Shown: one piece after another, positions 1 to 9,797 of the stretch
Layout: each line of letters opens with the position of its first letter
Position numbering within the stretch: position 1 is the first letter of the stretch
Assembly: GCF_002854065.1 (NCBI RefSeq)
Contig: NZ_CP024147.1
Source: Escherichia coli
GTDB lineage: Bacteria; Pseudomonadota; Gammaproteobacteria; Enterobacterales; Enterobacteriaceae
DNA: 64,000 nt
Direction: 5' to 3' (one strand)
Translations under genes and position numbers: made by a program
Notes under the pieces: model-generated
Database searches by the model: none
The model's input: only the letters and a program-made list of their open reading frames with translations
What the model was told of the DNA's origin: nothing

Positions 1-2271
1 GGCGTTATCACGACGCGCCATCTGGTTGCCTTCCGGCGTCCAGCTACCGGCGAAAATCCAGCAACCACAGGAGGTTGTACCGTCATCGCGCAGTTGGGCG
101 AACGAGCTAAGTTGTTGGCCTTTCTTGACGATAACCGCACCGGTTGCCGGATCGGTAATATCGGCCAGCGCCTTACCGTTGCTCTCCATCGCTACTTCTT
201 CCGACTTCGGCTCATGCGGAATGGCGTAGTTCCAGGTCATGTTCAGCACCTGGTCCGGGTTCGCGCCACCCTGTTCGGCATACATCTTGCGCAAGCGCAG
301 GAAGATACCGGAGAGGATCTCGCCGTCAGTCAGCGCAATCCCCGGGGCGTCCGCACCTTTCCAGTGCCACTGCAACCAGCGACCTGAGTTAACGATTGAA
401 CCGTTCTCTTCCGCGAAGCAGGTCGATGGCAGACGGAACACTTCGGTCTGGATCTTCGACGAGTCAACTTCGTTCAGCTCACCGTGGTTCTGCCAGAAGT
501 TAGAGGTTTCAGTGTTCAGCGGGTCGATGGTGACGAGGAACTTCAGTTTCGACAGACAACCGATCACTTTGTTTTTGTTCGGGAATGAGGCAACAGGGTT
601 AAAGCCCTGGCAGATATAGCCATTGACCTTGCCCTCTTTCATCATCTCGAAGTATTGTAGGACGTCGTAGCCTTTATCCCACTTCGGCAACCAGTCAAAG
701 CCCCAGCTATTTTCCGCCGTCGCTTTATCACCAAAGAAGGCCTTCATCATAGAGACGAAGAATTTCGGGTAGTTGCCCCAGTAGTTTACCTGGCCTTCCA
801 GCAGCGGTTTTGGCGTGTTGGCGGTAAGGTAGGTTTGCAGATCGGTCTGCTTCTCGCTTGGCAGCGTCATGTAACCTGGCAGGCTCTGCGACAGAAGGCC
901 CAGGTCCGTCAGCCCCTGAATATTGGAGTGACCGCGCAGGGCGTTAACGCCGCCGCCTGCCATCCCCATGTTGCCGAGCAGCAGCTGGATCATCGCCATC
1001 GTACGAATGTTTTGCGCACCAACGGAGTGTTGCGTCCAGCCGAGGGCATACAGGAACGAGGCAGTTTTATCGTGAGCACTGGTTTCTGCGATGTATTCGC
1101 AGACTTTCAGGAACGCGTCTTTTGGCGTACCACAGATGTTTTCAACCACATCTGGCGTGTAGCGGGAAACGTGCTGTTTCAGCAAGTTCCACACGCAGCG
1201 CGGATGTTGCAGCGTGGTATCGCGTTTGGCGAAGCCGTTTTCGTCCAGTTCGTAAGTCCAGGAGGATTTATCGTACTTGCGTTTTTCCGCGTCGTAGCCG
1301 GTGAACAGGCCATCTTCAAAGCCGTAATCCTCACGCACGATCAGGCTGGCGTTGGTATAGGCTTCGGTGTATTCGCGGTTGAATTTTTCATTGTTCAGCA
1401 GGTACAGCAATACGCCTGACAGGAAAGCAATGTCAGTACCGGAACGAATAGGGGCATAGTAGTCAGCTACCGCCGCCGTACGCGTAAAGCGAGGATCGAT
1501 CACAATCAGCTTCGCGCCATTGTGAATTTTGGCTTCCATCGCCCAGCGGAACCCGACCGGGTGAGCTTCAGCGGCGTTACCGCCCATCACCACGACGAGG
1601 TTGGCGTTCTTGATGTCGACCCAGTGGTTGGTCATCGCACCGCGACCAAATGTTGGAGCAAGACTTGCTACCGTTGGTCCGTGTCAGACACGCGCCTGGT
1701 TGTCGACCGCGAGCATACCCAGCGCGCGGGAGAATTTTTGCGTTAAATAGCCGGTTTCGTTACTCGACGCGGAAGCACACAGCATCCCGGTGGAGAGCCA
1801 GCGGTTAACAGTCACGCCTTCGGCGTTTTGCGCAATGTAGTTAGCATCGCGGTCTTCTTTCATCAGTTTGGCGATGCGATCAAACGCCTCTTCCCAACTG
1901 ATTTGCTGCCATTTATCAGAACCTGGCGCACGGTATTCCGGAAACTTCAGACGGCTTTCGGAGTGGATGAAATCCACCAGGCCAGCGCCTTTCGGACAAA
2001 GTGCACCGCGGTTGACCGGGTGATCCGGATCGCCTTCGATATGGAAGATAGATGCTTTGGCGTTTTTTGCTCCGTCACCGAGGCTGTACATCAACAGCCC
2101 ACAGCCTACGGAACAATAGGTGCAGGTATTACGGGTTTCGCGGGTGCGCAGCAGTTTATACTGCCGGGTTTCCGCGAGTGCTACGCTGGGTGCAAAACCC
2201 AGTGCCGCTGCCGTGGTGCCTGCCATACCGCCAGCGCAGATCTTAAAGAACTGCCTTCTGCTGACCTGCAT
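1..2271 (-). CDS. fdoG: Formate dehydrogenase-O major subunit (selenoprotein), partial; N-terminus at 2271, runs off window start
   Basis: N-terminal Tat motif MQVSRRQFFK; molybdopterin oxidoreductase-like sequence; in-frame TGA at 1684-1686 with the same frame staying open to position 1. Confidence 0.9.
1640..1686 (-). other. Selenocysteine UGA codon (1684-1686) plus predicted SECIS hairpin immediately 3' in the coding frame
   Basis: Frame continues ...VDNQARV-U-HGPTVASLAPTFGRG...; position matches the Sec site of FdoG/FdnG/FdhF-type enzymes; hairpin not folded computationally. Confidence 0.6.
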
Positions 2272-2464
2272 GGATTGCTCCTTGTTTCGACATTGTCACG
2301 TCCCATTTACATTCGCTTGCTGCGTGTGCAGGGAGTGGGAGTTATTTTTCTTTGCGGAAGGGGCCGCAAAGGTCCAGAATTGGCTCAATTTCCCTCCATC
2401 CAGGAAGGGTTTGTAACAGAATACCATAATGTTGGTGTGTGTGTTCTTATCTGGTTAAGAGAAA

Positions 2465-3298
2465 GTGAAAAAAACACAGCAAAAAGAAATCGAAAATGTG
2501 ACAAATATCACAGGTGTTCGTCAAATTGAGTTATGGCGGCGTGATGATTTACAACACCCACGGTTAGATGAGGTCGCGGAAGAAGTTCCCGTTGCGCTGG
2601 TCTACAACGGCATTTCGCATGTGGTGATGATGGCGTCGCCCAAAGACCTTGAGTACTTTGCGCTCGGTTTTTCGCTTTCCGAGGGGATAATAGAAAGTCC
2701 GCGCGATATCTTCGGCATGGATGTCGTTCCTTCCTGTAATGGTCTTGAAGTACAAATTGAGCTTTCCAGCCGCCGCTTTATGGGGTTGAAGGAGCGCCGC
2801 CGGGCGCTGGCGGGACGTACGGGCTGTGGCGTATGCGGCGTGGAGCAACTTAATGACATCGGAAAACCGGTGCAGCCGCTACCGTTCACCCAGACGTTTG
2901 ATCTCAACAAACTGGATGATGCATTACGTCATCTCAACGATTTTCAGCCAGTGGGGCAACTGACTGGTTGTACTCACGCCGCTGCCTGGATGTTGCCATC
3001 TGGCGAACTGGTCGGCGGGCATGAAGACGTGGGTCGCCATGTGGCGCTGGACAAACTGTTAGGCCGCCGGTCACAAGAAGGGGAAAGCTGGCAGCAAGGT
3101 GCGGTACTGGTTTCCAGTCGTGCCAGTTATGAAATGGTGCAAAAGTCGGCGATGTGCGGCGTAGAGATTTTGTTTGCGGTGTCTGCCGCGACCACGCTTG
3201 CTGTAGAAGTGGCTGAGCGCTGTAATCTGACACTGGTAGGTTTTTGTAAACCGGGTCGGGCAACGGTTTATACCCATCCGCAGCGTTTGAGCAATTAA
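2465..3298 (+). CDS. fdhD: Formate dehydrogenase accessory sulfurtransferase FdhD
   Basis: 277-aa ORF, divergent from fdoG, recognised FdhD sequence. Confidence 0.9.
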
Positions 3299-3303
3299 TT
3301 AAA

Positions 3304-3345
3304 ATAAGTCCTGCGATATATATTAAATTGCAGGACTTATTCATT
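3304..3345 (+). terminator. Inverted repeat after fdhD (ataagtcctgc...gcaggacttat), putative terminator
   Basis: Perfect 11-bp inverted repeat just 3' of the fdhD stop. Confidence 0.4.
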
Positions 3346-3450
3346 TCGTGAATTTTATTATTTTATTTATAAACAAAATGCGTGTAGTGGCGTTTTCTTT
3401 TTTCATTTATTATGTTCACTCTCTTATCTATATATTTATAAGGCAATTAA

Positions 3451-4506
3451 ATGAAAAGGAATTTATTATCTTCCGCTATTATAGTCGCCATCATGGCCCT
3501 CGGTCTGACGGGTTGTGATGATAAAAAAGCCGAAACAGAAACGCCCCCGCCTGCCAATAGTCAACCTGCCGCACCAGCTCCTGAAGCGAAACCTACTGAA
3601 GCTCCCGTTGCAAAAGCAGATGCTAAACCTGAAACACCTGCGCAACCGGTGGTCGATGAACAAGCGGTTTTCGACGAAAAAATGGATGTCTATATCAAGT
3701 GCTACAACAAGTTACAGATCCCTGTACAGAACAGTCTGGCGCGTTATGCTGACTGGCTGAAAGATTTTAAACAGGGGCCAACGGGTAAAGAGAGCCTTGT
3801 TTATGGCATCTACGGCATTAGTGAATCCAATCTCTCTGAGTGTCAAAAAGGAATAAAAAGAGTCGTGGCGTTAACGCCTGCGCTGCAACCTATTGATGGC
3901 GTGGCGGTGAGTTATATTGATGCTGCCGTGGCGTTGGGTAATACCATTAACGAAATGGATAAATATTACACCCAGGAAAATTATAAAGACGATGCGTTTG
4001 CGAAAGGGAAAACGCTGCACCAGACATTCTTAAAAAATCTGGAAGCCTTTGAACCTGTAGCAGAATCTTATCATGCGGCGATTCAGGAAATTAATGATAA
4101 GCGCCAGCTTGCGGAACTGAAAAATATTGAAGAAAGAGAAGGGAAAACATTCCACTACTACTCTCTGGCAGTCATGATTTCAGCGAAACAAATTAATAAC
4201 CTGATATCGCAAGAGAAGTTTGATGTTGATGCGGCAATGAAGAAAGTCTCTGAACTGGAAACGCTGGTAGCGCAGGCCAAAGAAGCGGATAAAGGCGGTA
4301 TGAATTTCTCGTTCATTAATTCGGCAGACCAGTATCAACTCGAGACTAAAAAATATGTTCGCCGCGTCAGAGATAAAGTCCCGTACTCTGACTGGGATAA
4401 AGAGCATCTTCAGGATGCAAACACAAGCTGGATGGTCGAAGACTCATTTCCACGAGCGTTACGCGAGTACAACGAAATGGTTGATGACTATAATAGCCTG
4501 CGTTAA
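3451..4506 (+). CDS. yiiG: Lipoprotein YiiG (lipobox LTGC, Pro/Ala-rich linker)
   Basis: 351-aa ORF with signal peptide and lipobox; K-12 synteny. Confidence 0.85.
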   Translation: MKRNLLSSAIIVAIMALGLTGCDDKKAETETPPPANSQPAAPAPEAKPTEAPVAKADAKPETPAQPVVDEQAVFDEKMDVYIKCYNKLQIPVQNSLARYADWLKDFKQGPTGKESLVYGIYGISESNLSECQKGIKRVVALTPALQPIDGVAVSYIDAAVALGNTINEMDKYYTQENYKDDAFAKGKTLHQTFLKNLEAFEPVAESYHAAIQEINDKRQLAELKNIEEREGKTFHYYSLAVMISAKQINNLISQEKFDVDAAMKKVSELETLVAQAKEADKGGMNFSFINSADQYQLETKKYVRRVRDKVPYSDWDKEHLQDANTSWMVEDSFPRALREYNEMVDDYNSLR

Positions 4507-4527
4507 ACGTTTTTGATGATAAATGCA

Positions 4528-4552
4528 GTGTCGGATGCGGCGCATCCGACAC
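4528..4552. terminator. Palindromic hairpin (gtgtcggatgcg/cgcatccgacac) between convergent yiiG and frvR remnant
   Basis: Inverted repeat seen directly. Confidence 0.4.
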
Positions 4553-4554
4553 AG

Positions 4555-4993
4555 TTCACCCCTTGTGAAGTAACTCCATAAATGCCTCATATCCTGTTAA
4601 CCCGGCAATAACTTCTGCCGGATGCTGACACAATACGCTTGCCAGATAGCTGAATATTTTTAGCTCATGACGCGCATCGGCGGCGGCGCAGGCGATCAAA
4701 ACATGGTTAATGACTTCGTTATTCACCTCAACTGATTGGGCGAGGGTAATAAAAAATCCACGAAAACGTCGCTCCTGTTCGCTCCAGCAATGTGGGATGG
4801 CGAGGCGATTAACAATCAGGTTTTCACCTTCGCCTTCGCGGGCGATGATCCGTTGCGCTTCATCGGCGGTAATATGGTGTTGTGCGACTAATTGCGCACA
4901 AATTTGCCGGGTAATATGTTGCCAGCTTTCACCGCGTACATTCGAATAATGAAAACTTCCGGGGGCAGAGAAAAAACGCTCCGGTTGCTGGCG
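4555..4993 (-). pseudogene. frvR: 3' remnant (146 codons) of PTS-regulator gene frvR, C-terminal EIIA-like domain (AIPH motif); 5' part replaced by IS1
   Basis: Manual minus-strand translation gives an open frame from the IS1 junction to a stop at 4555-4557: ...NLIVNRLAIPHCWSEQERRFRGFF...MELLHKG*; lies next to yiiG as frvR does in K-12. Confidence 0.6.
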
Positions 4994-5008
4994 GGTAATG
5001 ACTCCAAC

Positions 5009-5512
5009 TTATTGATAGTGTTTTATGTTCAGATAATGCCCGATGACTTTGTCATGCAGCTCCACCGATTTTGAGAACGACAGCGACTTCCGTCCCAGCC
5101 GTGCCAGGTGCTGCCTCAGATTCAGGTTATGCCGCTCAATTCGCTGCGTATATCGCTTGCTGATTACGTGCAGCTTTCCCTTCAGGCGGGATTCATACAG
5201 CGGCCAGCCATCCGTCATCCATATCACCACGTCAAAGGGTGACAGCAGGCTCATAAGACGCCCCAGCGTCGCCATAGTGCGTTCACCGAATACGTGCGCA
5301 ACAACCGTCTTCCGGAGCCTGTCATACGCGTAAAACAGCCAGCGCTGGCGCGATTTAGCCCCGACGTATCCCCACTGTTCGTCCATTTCCGCGCAGACGA
5401 TGACGTCACTGCCCGGCTGTATGCGCGAGGTTACCGACTGCGGCCTGAGTTTTTTAAATGGCGGAAAATCGTGTTGAGGCCAACGCCCATAATGCGGGCG
5501 GTTGCCCGGCAT
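5009..5512 (-). CDS. insB: IS1 transposase InsB frame (expressed as InsAB' by -1 frameshift)
   Basis: 167-aa [16 protein letters not shown]... identical to copy 2. Confidence 0.9.
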   Translation of the reverse strand: MPGNRPHYGRWPQHDFPPFKKLRPQSVTSRIQPGSDVIVCAEMDEQWGYVGAKSRQRWLFYAYDRLRKTVVAHVFGERTMATLGRLMSLLSPFDVVIWMTDGWPLYESRLKGKLHVISKRYTQRIERHNLNLRQHLARLGRKSLSFSKSVELHDKVIGHYLNIKHYQ

Positions 5513-5706
5513 CCAACGCCATTCATGGCCATATCAATGATTTTCTGGTGCGTACCGGGTTGAGAAGCGGTGTAAGTGAACTGCAGTTGCCATGTTTTAC
5601 GGCAGTGAGAGCAGAGATAGCGCTGATGTCCGGCAGTGCTTTTGCCGTTACGCACCACCCCGTCAGTAGCTGAACAGGAGGGACAGCTGATAGAAACAGA
5701 AGCCAC
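5431..5706 (-). CDS. insA: IS1 InsA (transposition inhibitor / N-terminal part of transposase)
   Basis: 91-aa [26 protein letters not shown]... Confidence 0.9.
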   Translation of the reverse strand: MASVSISCPSCSATDGVVRNGKSTAGHQRYLCSHCRKTWQLQFTYTASQPGTHQKIIDMAMNGVGCRATARIMGVGLNTIFRHLKNSGRSR

Positions 5707-5761
5707 TGGAGCACCTCAAAAACACCATCATACACTAAATCAGTAAGTTGGCAGCATCACC

Positions 5762-7063
5762 ATACGTCCCGAGGTAAATATTAAAGTTCTCCATATCCAT
5801 CACATTAGCGAACTGATAAGACGCATGAATGGTGTGAATGGTGTACGTCCCTTCATCATCAATCCAGCAGTCGTTATCACAAACTACACCGCTGAATTCA
5901 TCAATCTTATTGTGCGCGTAGATATAACCGAGCTCGAAACGTTTCCACAGCGCGTTAATCCCGGCAGTGAAATCTTTCTCATTATTAGCATCTAAATAGG
6001 CGGTATTAAGATTAACCACAATGCCATTGTCCGGATCCGTTTTCAGGCCGTTCCAGGTCATGCTCATACCATAGCCGGTACGATCGGACTGATCGACAAA
6101 ATTACCCTTGCTATCGGTATAACCATAAGCATTATTTACCACGTTCGCTTCCATCGCTGCGGAAACGGTGAATTCTTCCGTCGGCGACCAGGCAATTACT
6201 GGGCGCAGATAAGCAACATTTTTCTGCTGCTCCATATCGCGTCCATGATAATTACCGTCATTATATAAAGATGTTCCGTCTTCAAGTAACGTATTTAATT
6301 CAAAATACCAGTTATCGAGTTGTTTGCTGACGAGGAAATTACCGCCAGCGTTAGAGCGCCCGCGGCCCTCTTTCATCATATAGATATAACCGCTGCCATC
6401 GTCATAAAGATCGTTCGCAGTATTACCGGAATGTTCAACAAAGGTATCCTGATTCAGCGGGAACATATCGTAGGCTTCAAAACGGCCTACTTTGACCTTC
6501 CAGTCGTTTTCTTTGCCAAAGAAGAATACCGCATCATCGATATTTACTGAACCGTGCATATCACCCAGCGGTTGTGCGGAGAACCCGGCGAAATAACCGT
6601 TGTCCATCTTTCGCATACCGTCAAAACCTAACAGAATACGACCATTGAGATTCCACTGTTCATTAGTGGGATCGCTATTCACATCAGCGTTGGTCATTGC
6701 CAGCAGGCCATGATTACTTTCCGCATCCATATTAAATTCTACGTCGCCGTAGATTTTTAAATCGCCATAACCTGAAAGCAAAAGATTAGGTGAGGTGGCA
6801 TTTTTCTTTGCAGATTCCGTCGTTGCCTGTCCATTTACCGGCGTATTGCCCTGAGCGGCCTTAATTTCGCGGATCTCAGCGGCTTGTTGTGTCTGCAGCT
6901 GTTTAACCTGGCTCTCTGCTTTTGCTGCCCGCATTTCTGCCGCTTCCAGGCGTTCTTCCAGCAATGCCATGCGTTGTTCCAGCGTTAAATGCTGTGTTTT
7001 TGCCATACCGGTACTACATGCCAATAATAAACCGATGGCTAAAGATAATGTCGATTTTTTCAT
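5762..7063 (-). pseudogene. 5' part (434 codons) of a sugar-porin-like outer membrane protein gene, interrupted by IS1; the annotated ORF's last 8 codons (GDAANLLI*) come from the IS1 end
   Basis: Signal peptide MKKSTLSLAIGLLLACSTGMA, N-terminal coiled-coil (LEQRMALLEERLEAAEMRAAKAESQVKQLQ), then Gly/Tyr/Asn/Asp-rich sequence typical of beta-barrel glycoporins; ORF runs into the IS1 inverted repeat. Confidence 0.75.
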
Positions 7064-7540
7064 TATTTACGTTCCCTGAAATAAAGGAGGCCCTACGCTT
7101 TCCAAAAGGAATACGTATATAGAGAAATATAAAGTGTGCACTTTCGAATTTTTAATCCAACTTCAGCAGGCCGATGGATAGTATCCCGCCGCATAATATG
7201 AGTAAATCCGCTGATTTCCTGGAACGTGAGGAATATAACAATAGTGCCGTTTTTAACTAAATATCGTAAAAAATATTAGATATGATTCACGCTGACTCAT
7301 AAGCCACAAATATAAATAATGTTTAGACAAATTATCTGAGACATTTAAACATTCACAAAATCATTAAAGAATGATTTTTTATTCACAAGATTTATTTTAC
7401 CTACTAATATGTGCCTTACGCCGCAAAATTTATCCTTCACTCTGCTTTATATTGTCACGACTTCACGACATATCCGCGCTCATCACAAACCCGCCCCGCT
7501 ATTACAATTAACGTAAATATTTTTTCATGGAGTCCGATTA
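7064..7540. promoter_or_regulatory. AT-rich divergent intergenic region between porin gene and PTS EIIA-like gene; contains palindrome AATCATT-N4-AATGATT (7358-7375) flanked by attcacaa direct repeats
   Basis: Sequence inspection only; no promoter experimentally placed. Confidence 0.3.
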
Positions 7541-7694
7541 ATGGCAGCTCTTACTGCAAGCTGTATTGACCTGAATATTCAGGGCAATGGCACTTATTCC
7601 ATTCTGAAACAGTTAGCGACAATGGCGTTACAAAACGGTTTTATCACCGACTCACACCAGTTCCTGCAAACCCTGCTGCTGCGCGAAAAAATGC
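7541..7694 (+). pseudogene. 5' fragment (51 codons) of a PTS EIIA (fructose/mannitol-type) gene, possibly frvA, truncated by IS1 copy 2
   Basis: ATG at 7541 with GGAG upstream; MAALTASCIDLNIQGNGTYSILKQLATMALQNGFITDSHQFLQTLLLREKM resembles EIIA N-termini; frame stops inside the IS1 repeat. Confidence 0.5.
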
Positions 7695-7749
7695 GGTGAT
7701 GCTGCCAACTTACTGATTTAGTGTATGATGGTGTTTTTGAGGTGCTCCA

Positions 7750-8025
7750 GTGGCTTCTGTTTCTATCAGCTGTCCCTCCTGTTCAGCTACTGACGGGGTG
7801 GTGCGTAACGGCAAAAGCACTGCCGGACATCAGCGCTATCTCTGCTCTCACTGCCGTAAAACATGGCAACTGCAGTTCACTTACACCGCTTCTCAACCCG
7901 GTACGCACCAGAAAATCATTGATATGGCCATGAATGGCGTTGGATGCCGGGCAACCGCCCGCATTATGGGCGTTGGCCTCAACACGATTTTCCGCCATTT
8001 AAAAAACTCAGGCCGCAGTCGGTAA
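7750..8025 (+). CDS. insA: IS1 InsA
   Basis: 91-aa ORF identical to copy 1. Confidence 0.9.
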   Translation: MASVSISCPSCSATDGVVRNGKSTAGHQRYLCSHCRKTWQLQFTYTASQPGTHQKIIDMAMNGVGCRATARIMGVGLNTIFRHLKNSGRSR

Positions 8026-8447
8026 CCTCGCGCATACAGCCGGGCAGTGACGTCATCGTCTGCGCGGAAATGGACGAACAGTGGGGATACGTCGGGGCTA
8101 AATCGCGCCAGCGCTGGCTGTTTTACGCGTATGACAGGCTCCGGAAGACGGTTGTTGCGCACGTATTCGGTGAACGCACTATGGCGACGCTGGGGCGTCT
8201 TATGAGCCTGCTGTCACCCTTTGACGTGGTGATATGGATGACGGATGGCTGGCCGCTGTATGAATCCCGCCTGAAGGGAAAGCTGCACGTAATCAGCAAG
8301 CGATATACGCAGCGAATTGAGCGGCATAACCTGAATCTGAGGCAGCACCTGGCACGGCTGGGACGGAAGTCGCTGTCGTTCTCAAAATCGGTGGAGCTGC
8401 ATGACAAAGTCATCGGGCATTATCTGAACATAAAACACTATCAATAA
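7944..8447 (+). CDS. insB: IS1 transposase InsB frame
   Basis: 167-aa ORF identical to copy 1; A6C slippery motif ttaaaaaactc at about 7999-8009. Confidence 0.9.
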   Translation: MPGNRPHYGRWPQHDFPPFKKLRPQSVTSRIQPGSDVIVCAEMDEQWGYVGAKSRQRWLFYAYDRLRKTVVAHVFGERTMATLGRLMSLLSPFDVVIWMTDGWPLYESRLKGKLHVISKRYTQRIERHNLNLRQHLARLGRKSLSFSKSVELHDKVIGHYLNIKHYQ

Positions 8448-8462
8448 GTTGGAGTCATTACC

Positions 8463-8564
8463 GGGACGTATTACTCCATTCTGGATAGCGACGGCGATAA
8501 AAAACACGGTGATGATACTGATGACCGTTACGGCGCACGCGTTCGCTTTAAATACTTCTTCTGA
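8463..8564 (+). pseudogene. Displaced 3' end of the porin gene (33 codons including the 9-bp target duplication, then stop)
   Basis: Starts with gggacgtat (reverse complement of 5762-5770) and reads in frame YSILDSDGDKKHGDDTDDRYGARVRFKYFF*, a classic beta-barrel C-terminus with terminal Phe. Confidence 0.65.
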
Positions 8565-8604
8565 TGAAGGCGCGGTGCTGGATATTTTCCGGCACCGCAA
8601 CTCA

Positions 8605-8919
8605 TTAAGGCAGGTAAAACACTTCTTGCAGCTCGCTACTCACCGGGCTGTTATCCGGGTTAGCTGGCATAACGTCGGTCATATATTTCCACCAACGTTG
8701 GCAGATTTCAGTGCTGGCTACCGCATTCCACCGTTCTTCAGATTCAATCTCTACCATGGCAAACAGCAGATTACGCGCTTTGTCGAGGTAAATGGCGTAG
8801 TTATGCGCACCGTGAGATTTCAACACTGCTTCCAGTTCCGGCCAGATGGGGTTATGCCGACGCTGATACTCTTCGTGGGCGTCGGGGTTAACCTGCATGA
8901 CAAAGGCTTTGCGGATCAT
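8605..8919 (-). CDS. rhaM: L-rhamnose mutarotase
   Basis: 104-aa [31 protein letters not shown]...; downstream of rhaD. Confidence 0.9.
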   Translation of the reverse strand: MIRKAFVMQVNPDAHEEYQRRHNPIWPELEAVLKSHGAHNYAIYLDKARNLLFAMVEIESEERWNAVASTEICQRWWKYMTDVMPANPDNSPVSSELQEVFYLP

Positions 8920-8928
8920 GTTTGCTCC

Positions 8929-9753
8929 TTACAGCGCCAGCGCACTGGCTAGTGGTGTAACGCCGAAGCGCTTGCCGAGCGCTATCAACTCTTCACGGCT
9001 GATGGTCTGTTTCATGCCGCCCATCGAATAAATCTTCACTAATACTTGTGCTGATTTTTCTGCGGTGTCGATTAAACCGAATGTTTCATCCAGCGTCGGT
9101 CCGGAACCGAACACACCGTGGAAGGGCCACAACACCAGCGAATGTTTCTGCATCTCTTGTGCGGTCGCCTGGCCGATTTCGTCCGTGCCGGGCACCATCC
9201 ACGGCAGAATGCCAACGCCATCCGGGAATACCACCAGACACTCGGTGCTGCCTTCCCACAGTTGGCGAGTAAAGACCGCGGTGTCGTTTTCCAGTACATA
9301 GGTGAGGGCGATCAGGTTGGTGGCGTGGCAGTGCATGATCACCCGATCTTTACCGTTGGTGGCTTTAATGCGCTCGCAGTGGGAGAGAAAGTGAGCCGGA
9401 AGTTCAGAAGTTGGAACGGCTTCGTTGGTTAACCCCCAGAGAATATGGTAGCCCGCGCCGTCGCTGTCGACTTTTACGACGCCTAAGTTAGCTGCAGGAT
9501 CAAGCTGGACGTTACGGAAGAATTTGCCGGAGCCGGTGACAATAAACGGCGTATTTGCCAGTAAAGGCATGGGCTGGCTGAGCGGAATATAGCGCGGTTG
9601 TGGGTGGAAGTTGTCGTGATAAAGCGCGATATCGGCGTCATCCAGGCGCAGCGTCAGGTTGCCGCCGTTGCGCTCGTCCCAGCCTTTCAGCCAGGCATCG
9701 GTGGTGGCTTTGATCATTCCCTGGACAAACCAGGACTGGGTAATGTTTTGCAT
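8929..9753 (-). CDS. rhaD: Rhamnulose-1-phosphate aldolase
   Basis: Start placed at [25 protein letters not shown] (274 aa); longer ORF-track call runs upstream into the REP array. Confidence 0.9.
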   Translation of the reverse strand: MQNITQSWFVQGMIKATTDAWLKGWDERNGGNLTLRLDDADIALYHDNFHPQPRYIPLSQPMPLLANTPFIVTGSGKFFRNVQLDPAANLGVVKVDSDGAGYHILWGLTNEAVPTSELPAHFLSHCERIKATNGKDRVIMHCHATNLIALTYVLENDTAVFTRQLWEGSTECLVVFPDGVGILPWMVPGTDEIGQATAQEMQKHSLVLWPFHGVFGSGPTLDETFGLIDTAEKSAQVLVKIYSMGGMKQTISREELIALGKRFGVTPLASALAL

Positions 9754-9797
9754 GTTCTGTGTTCCTGTAAATTCGGTGTTGTCGGATGCACGACCCG

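Larger units (their letters stand above)
4994..5761 (-). mobile_element. IS1 insertion sequence, copy 1 (768 bp, inverted relative to copy 2)
   Basis: Terminal inverted repeats ggtaatgactccaacttattgat (4994) and ggtgatgctgccaacttactgat (rc, ends 5761); InsA and InsB ORFs. Confidence 0.95.
7695..8462 (+). mobile_element. IS1 insertion sequence, copy 2 (768 bp)
   Basis: Starts ggtgatgctgccaacttactgat, ends ...ataagttggagtcattacc; InsA and InsB ORFs identical to copy 1. Confidence 0.95.

Noticed and set aside
835-1419. Plus-strand ORFs of 60-194 aa inside fdoG (835-1419, 1122-1304, 1522-1746, 1828-2529)
   Set aside because: Antisense to or overlapping a well-supported long gene; no start context.
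4555-4993. Remnant next to yiiG read as the 3' half of frvA, i.e. a simple IS1 insertion into frvA
   Set aside because: The 146-codon fragment already contains a complete EIIA-like domain preceded by additional sequence, so with the 51-codon N-terminal fragment it would far exceed a ~148-aa EIIA; it fits the C-terminus of a larger regulator (frvR).
4994-8462. IS1-IS1 composite transposon carrying the porin as cargo
   Set aside because: A composite transposon would show matching direct duplications outside both IS copies. Instead the 9-bp duplication is inverted and sits inside one copy and outside the other, and the porin continues in frame beyond copy 2; inversion explains this better.
8382-8600. 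72-aa minus-strand ORF spanning the IS1 copy 2 end and the adjacent sequence
   Set aside because: Chimeric read across the IS1 junction, antisense to the porin 3' fragment; implausible composition.
8449-8952. 167-aa plus-strand ORF starting inside IS1 and running antisense through rhaM
   Set aside because: Overlaps rhaM on the opposite strand and begins in the IS1 terminus; only its in-frame portion 8463-8564 is meaningful, as the porin 3' end.
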